Shown: positions 59,902 through 64,000 of the stretch, piece after piece | Layout of the letters: every line of letters starts with the position of its first letter | Numbering within the stretch: position 1 is the stretch's first letter | Assembly (NCBI GenBank): GCA_964535515.1 | Contig: CAZHTA010000005.1 | Span: 13-64,012 of the forward strand | Reading direction: 5' to 3' | DNA: 64,000 nt | DNA from: an uncultured Gammaproteobacteria bacterium | Lineage (GTDB): Bacteria > Patescibacteriota > Patescibacteriia > Magasanikbacterales > GWA2-37-8 | Made by a program: the position numbers and the translations under genes | Notes under the pieces: generated by a model | The model's database searches: none | What the model was told of the DNA's origin: nothing | Seen by the model: the letters and a program-made list of their open reading frames with translations, nothing else

Positions 59902-61080
59902 TTAAGTGGTTATAGACTTGTTTCTCAAAAACATTATTAAACTAATCGCCCCTAAAACAAAAATAATTATTCCCGAAAGGCTTAGTGCTTGACTTAAGCT
60001 ATATATATCAACAAACCATCCTATAAATGGTGTGATTATTGCGAAAAATGTTTTTTCTATTAAACTTTTGACTGATAATATTGTGGCTCTAATACTCGAA
60101 TCAGTTAGTTGGTGTACGTAATCAGAAATAATTACTTCGGAAAACCCTCTTACAAATTGAAGTAAAAAAGCAAAACTAAAGCTAAAAAGATATATAAAAT
60201 TACTCATCAACAAAAAGCTTGAACCGGTAAGTACGAGCAACAAAACAAGAGAATGTTTTTGGCCCATTTTTTCCTCAAGTATATGAGAATATTTTGAACT
60301 TATTGCTGCGACCAAATTAAACCCAGCAAAAACCACCCCGAAGTAAATTACATCTAATCCTGATAATTTAAAATATGGTTGATATAGAAAATATGCAATA
60401 TTTATGAATCCGATTGTAATGGCCGAATAAGCTAGTAGCCATCTCATTTTTTTATTTTTTAATACTGATAATTTTATTATTTTAAATAAGTCAAAAAGAT
60501 AATTTTTTGTTAAAATTGTTTTATATCTTTGTGGTTCTGTAAGGGATAAGGAAAGGGGAATGAGTAGTAGCATAAAAGGTATCATCGCATAGAACGGATA
60601 TCTATAATCAAACTTACCGAGTAGTCCGCCAATAATACTTGCGAAAGCTGTTCCGATAGAATAGTAAAAAACAATATTTCCCCATATTTTTTTATACTGC
60701 CCTTCTTTTCTAAGATCTTTTAATGTGTCATAAACAAAAGCTGAGTCTGCGCCAGAAATAAAGACACCTGCCAATGCCCATAAAGTAACTGCGAGTAAGA
60801 AATGATAAAAATTTGTTGATATTGCAAAAATAAACATTGCTAGCGCTGAAAAAACACCTGTAATCGTAAGGGCAATTTTTCTTCCAAAAATATCAGCAAA
60901 GTATCCTGTAGGTATTTCTAAAACTACAAACAATATTGAAGATAAAGATTGTAGTATCATTATCTGTGTTAGTGATAGCCCGTTATTTTGATAGAACAGA
61001 ACAATAATTGGTGTAAAGAACATTAGGCTATACAAAACAACATACAAGTATATTTTCCAAATGTTGCTTTCTAATTTCAT
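59902..61080 (-). CDS. MFS transporter
   Basis: EIPTGYFADIFGRK, SGADSA, RATILS; about 12 TM segments. Confidence 0.92.
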   Translation of the reverse strand: MKLESNIWKIYLYVVLYSLMFFTPIIVLFYQNNGLSLTQIMILQSLSSILFVVLEIPTGYFADIFGRKIALTITGVFSALAMFIFAISTNFYHFLLAVTLWALAGVFISGADSAFVYDTLKDLRKEGQYKKIWGNIVFYYSIGTAFASIIGGLLGKFDYRYPFYAMIPFMLLLIPLSLSLTEPQRYKTILTKNYLFDLFKIIKLSVLKNKKMRWLLAYSAITIGFINIAYFLYQPYFKLSGLDVIYFGVVFAGFNLVAAISSKYSHILEEKMGQKHSLVLLLVLTGSSFLLMSNFIYLFSFSFAFLLQFVRGFSEVIISDYVHQLTDSSIRATILSVKSLIEKTFFAIITPFIGWFVDIYSLSQALSLSGIIIFVLGAISLIMFLRNKSITT

Positions 61081-61130
61081 TAAATTGAGATTATGATTTT
61101 CCATATATTACGGTATCGTGCCATATTGTA

Positions 61131-62105
61131 TTATCGCAATAACTGTAGTGTAATTTTTATCATTCGTTCTTTGTTCTTCGGTTCACTTTCTGCGACCAGT
61201 AGTGTCAAAGCGGTAAGTGCAGCGGGGGACATAGCAGCTAGATTAAATATTCCGGTTTTTTTCAAAAACCAAATAAAAGCATAAGCCCCGCTTCTTTTAT
61301 TGCCATCAATAAAAGGGTGGTTTTTAATCATAAAGTACAATAAGTGGGCGGCTTTTTCTTCGATGGTAGGGTACATGGGTTTTCCGCCGAAAGATTGCAT
61401 AACATTACCGACGATACCTTCTATATTATTTTTTTGTCTTTCTACTCCGAATAGTTCAGATGCTTCACCTCTTTTTGTTAACGCAACCTTAAAATCAACC
61501 AACGTTTTTATTAGGTGTTCTGTAGTAAGATTGACAGAACGCCTAGTGGTGCCAGTGGTTACCAATTTGTCTTTGTCGTAAGCATCAATGGAAAGCCAAG
61601 TTGCCGAAAAAGCATTAATTAATTCTAGTACGCTTTTTTGGTCAACAACACCATCTGGGGGTAGTAAAACTTTTAGATTTTCCACCACTTTCATGAATTC
61701 AGAATAATTATTTTTGATTTGTGAACGATTGACAGTGAACCCCTTGGTGATATGCTCGCGGAGGGTTTTTGTTGCCCATTGGCGAAATTTTGTACCGACG
61801 ATCGAGTTTATTCTATACCCAACAGCAATTAATATATCGAGATTATAAATATCAATTTCACGACGCACTCGTCTCCCTGACTCATTTTGAACTAGTTCCA
61901 TTTTGGAACTAGTTGAGGATTTTTGTAGTTCTTCCTCCTTATATATATTTTGAATGTGTTTTGTAATTGCTTGTGGGTTTACCCCAAACATTTTGGCCAT
62001 TTGCATCCGGTTTGCCCATAGAGTTTCTTTCTTAAAATCGCCCTTCAATTCAATCGCTCCAGTTTTTGTTTGGTATAGAACTGTTTGATTTTTTATTTTT
62101 TTCAT
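61131..62105 (-). CDS. RhuM/Fic-DOC family protein
   Basis: YNLD..IAVGYR, FRQWAT, HPFIDGNKRSG. Confidence 0.92.
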   Translation of the reverse strand: MKKIKNQTVLYQTKTGAIELKGDFKKETLWANRMQMAKMFGVNPQAITKHIQNIYKEEELQKSSTSSKMELVQNESGRRVRREIDIYNLDILIAVGYRINSIVGTKFRQWATKTLREHITKGFTVNRSQIKNNYSEFMKVVENLKVLLPPDGVVDQKSVLELINAFSATWLSIDAYDKDKLVTTGTTRRSVNLTTEHLIKTLVDFKVALTKRGEASELFGVERQKNNIEGIVGNVMQSFGGKPMYPTIEEKAAHLLYFMIKNHPFIDGNKRSGAYAFIWFLKKTGIFNLAAMSPAALTALTLLVAESEPKNKERMIKITLQLLR

Positions 62106-62251
62106 AGTTTTATTGTAAATTTTAATGCATGATTATTATACAAAAAATCGCCAGGTTTGGCGATTTTGTGATATATGCTCCCCGGGTCGGTTGCGAAATA
62201 TAAATAACTGTATGTGTTAGGGCTTTTTCGGAGGTCTTATTGAGGGGTTTG

Positions 62252-62956
62252 TTACGGGAGCGGGTCGGTATGAGTTTGGCCAGGTTTACTAATCATCATT
62301 ACTATTTTGTGAGAATCTGGAATTGGAATTAACTGGTCAGGGGCCAATTCAAATTTACATTTTAACACACCATACTTAAGAATTTTCTCGGCTTTATTAA
62401 AGTATTGATTAAAGTCAATATTTATCATTGAAGCAAATTCTCTTTCTGGTGTATCGAAATATAGAACAGGCATAGGTGTGTCTTTGTAATCTTTTATTTG
62501 ACTTTTTATCTCTGTCTTTGGCGGAACAAAAAGATCAATTTCTAATTCTTTTTCAATTTTTTGAATCTGAATTATATAAAATACATTACCACTTTCCAAA
62601 TTTACCACTTTAGTAATCCAATAACCTCTATCCAAAAAAACAGATGTTCCTTTGCTATTAACTAAAATTTGTACTTCTTTATTTATACCAACATCAATTC
62701 GTAAACCCACGTTGTAAAGGGATTGTTTTTTTGTATTAATAACATTTAGTGTATGTTTTTCTTTGTAATTAGTATTATTGATAATTTTGCTTTGGCTAAT
62801 TTGTATTGGATTAAATTTATCAGTAAAATATTCATATACAGATGGAAATTGTAGTATACCAATAATGGTAGCTAAAAAACCTAGAATAGCAAGTAAGGTA
62901 AACATAATTTTTTTTAATGATTTTATAAATTTTACTTTTATCTTTTCGACTCTCAT
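62252..62956 (-). CDS. Hypothetical protein with N-terminal TM
   Basis: Intact, very AT-rich ORF with a single hydrophobic segment. Confidence 0.6.
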   Translation of the reverse strand: MRVEKIKVKFIKSLKKIMFTLLAILGFLATIIGILQFPSVYEYFTDKFNPIQISQSKIINNTNYKEKHTLNVINTKKQSLYNVGLRIDVGINKEVQILVNSKGTSVFLDRGYWITKVVNLESGNVFYIIQIQKIEKELEIDLFVPPKTEIKSQIKDYKDTPMPVLYFDTPEREFASMINIDFNQYFNKAEKILKYGVLKCKFELAPDQLIPIPDSHKIVMMISKPGQTHTDPLP

Positions 62957-63076
62957 TTTTTATTTAAGATAAAACAAACGAGAGCGACTCGTTTGTGTTT
63001 TAGGCAAGCAGAACCCAAACGGGTCGCTTTTACGTATTTACTTGGCTCGGGGTTGCGGACGATGTTCGAACTGAGG

Positions 63077-64000
63077 TTACTTTGAATTGATTATTTTTCT
63101 AGTAATCGGTCCAAAGTATCCAATCACTGGTTTAATATTATTAGCTTTCTGAAATTTAATTAATGCTGATCTAGTCGCCGAACCGAATTTATTTGTTTCA
63201 AATCCAACAGAACCAGGTTGACCAGATTTAGCGAGTATATACCCATTAGCGTTAAGCCATTTCTGAAGCTCTTTAACATCAACACCAATTACACCAGTGC
63301 TAAGATTATGATTAAAAATAAATTTTGTTGTTGATGTGTTTATTGTTGATATTATATTTTTTTTCTTAATCTCTTCTACATCAAACAATGATCTGATTGT
63401 AAGCTCGGCTCTGTTTGTCCAAATATTGACAAATTTAACTTCAATATCCTTGACTTTATCCCCATCCAAATCCACTTGACCTATCTCTCCAAGTTTTAGT
63501 TTAACTATTTGGGGTGTAGACTGAATAGTTAGTTGTATAATATTTAATGCAAGATCTAAATCACTAATAACAAGTTGATGATTTTGAAGTATCTTGTTGC
63601 CACTAACAATAATACTAAAATTAGCTTTAGAATTAATATAAGATAAATAATTAATGCCATCAAGACCAATACTACCGATATCACCAGTTTTACCCATGGA
63701 TCCATATTTGTCTGTAGTTCCAACCCCTACACCAGCTGGTGTTGATACTACGCCACCACCACAACTCGACGTTGACTTTATAATTGTTGCAACATCAGTC
63801 TCTACACCATCACCATTTCTATATTTTACAGAATAATTATATATATTTCCACATGATAAGTTTGAATCTGTCCAATTATTTGTTTGAATCCACCCTGAAT
63901 TAGCATTAGAACTTGAAAAATAATAACCAGACAAACCACTATTACTGTTTAGAAAACTACCAACTGTTAAGGTGACGCTATTTAAAGTTGCGGAGGCAGA
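63077..64000 (-). CDS. 5'-truncated surface protein with FN3-like region and C-terminal peptidoglycan-binding domain
   Basis: Frame is open to the window edge; DVKELQKWLN, FGSATRSALIKFQ, GYFGPITR. Confidence 0.85.
   Translation of the reverse strand, partial: SASATLNSVTLTVGSFLNSNSGLSGYYFSSSNANSGWIQTNNWTDSNLSCGNIYNYSVKYRNGDGVETDVATIIKSTSSCGGGVVSTPAGVGVGTTDKYGSMGKTGDIGSIGLDGINYLSYINSKANFSIIVSGNKILQNHQLVISDLDLALNIIQLTIQSTPQIVKLKLGEIGQVDLDGDKVKDIEVKFVNIWTNRAELTIRSLFDVEEIKKKNIISTINTSTTKFIFNHNLSTGVIGVDVKELQKWLNANGYILAKSGQPGSVGFETNKFGSATRSALIKFQKANNIKPVIGYFGPITRKIINSK

Overview
AT-rich, gene-dense bacterial chromosome segment. TGA is used as a stop codon. The gene content (pilT, CCA-adding enzyme, dnaG-rpoD-murG, murE, ftsE/ftsX, a translin-like protein, Cys-rich surface proteins, a CxxC-x17-CxxC protein) and the AT-rich starts lacking Shine-Dalgarno (SD) sites suggest Patescibacteria/CPR. 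That assignment is inference only. The window has about 60 CDSs and six canonical tRNAs (Pro-CGG, Pro-GGG, Lys-TTT, Gly-CCC, Thr-CGT, Gln-TTG), and I found no integrase, transposase or CRISPR array. The main unexplained pattern is a set of about 8 dispersed GC-rich islets of 0.2-1.3 kb. Most have their own AT-rich sigma70-type promoter, a GGAGG-type SD (which the background genes I inspected lack), one orphan gene (pepT in one case), a structured 3' tail with overlapping pseudoknot-like helices, and a long bulged hairpin. One islet looks like a ~430-nt structured RNA that starts with a tRNA-Gly-like body carrying a GCT anticodon. Other points of interest are a 1709-aa protein with a C-terminal amidoligase-like (GS/GCS fold) domain, an AsnRS-like asparagine synthetase behind a probable Asn-sensing leader peptide, a translin homologue and a cytochrome b5/ferric reductase pair.
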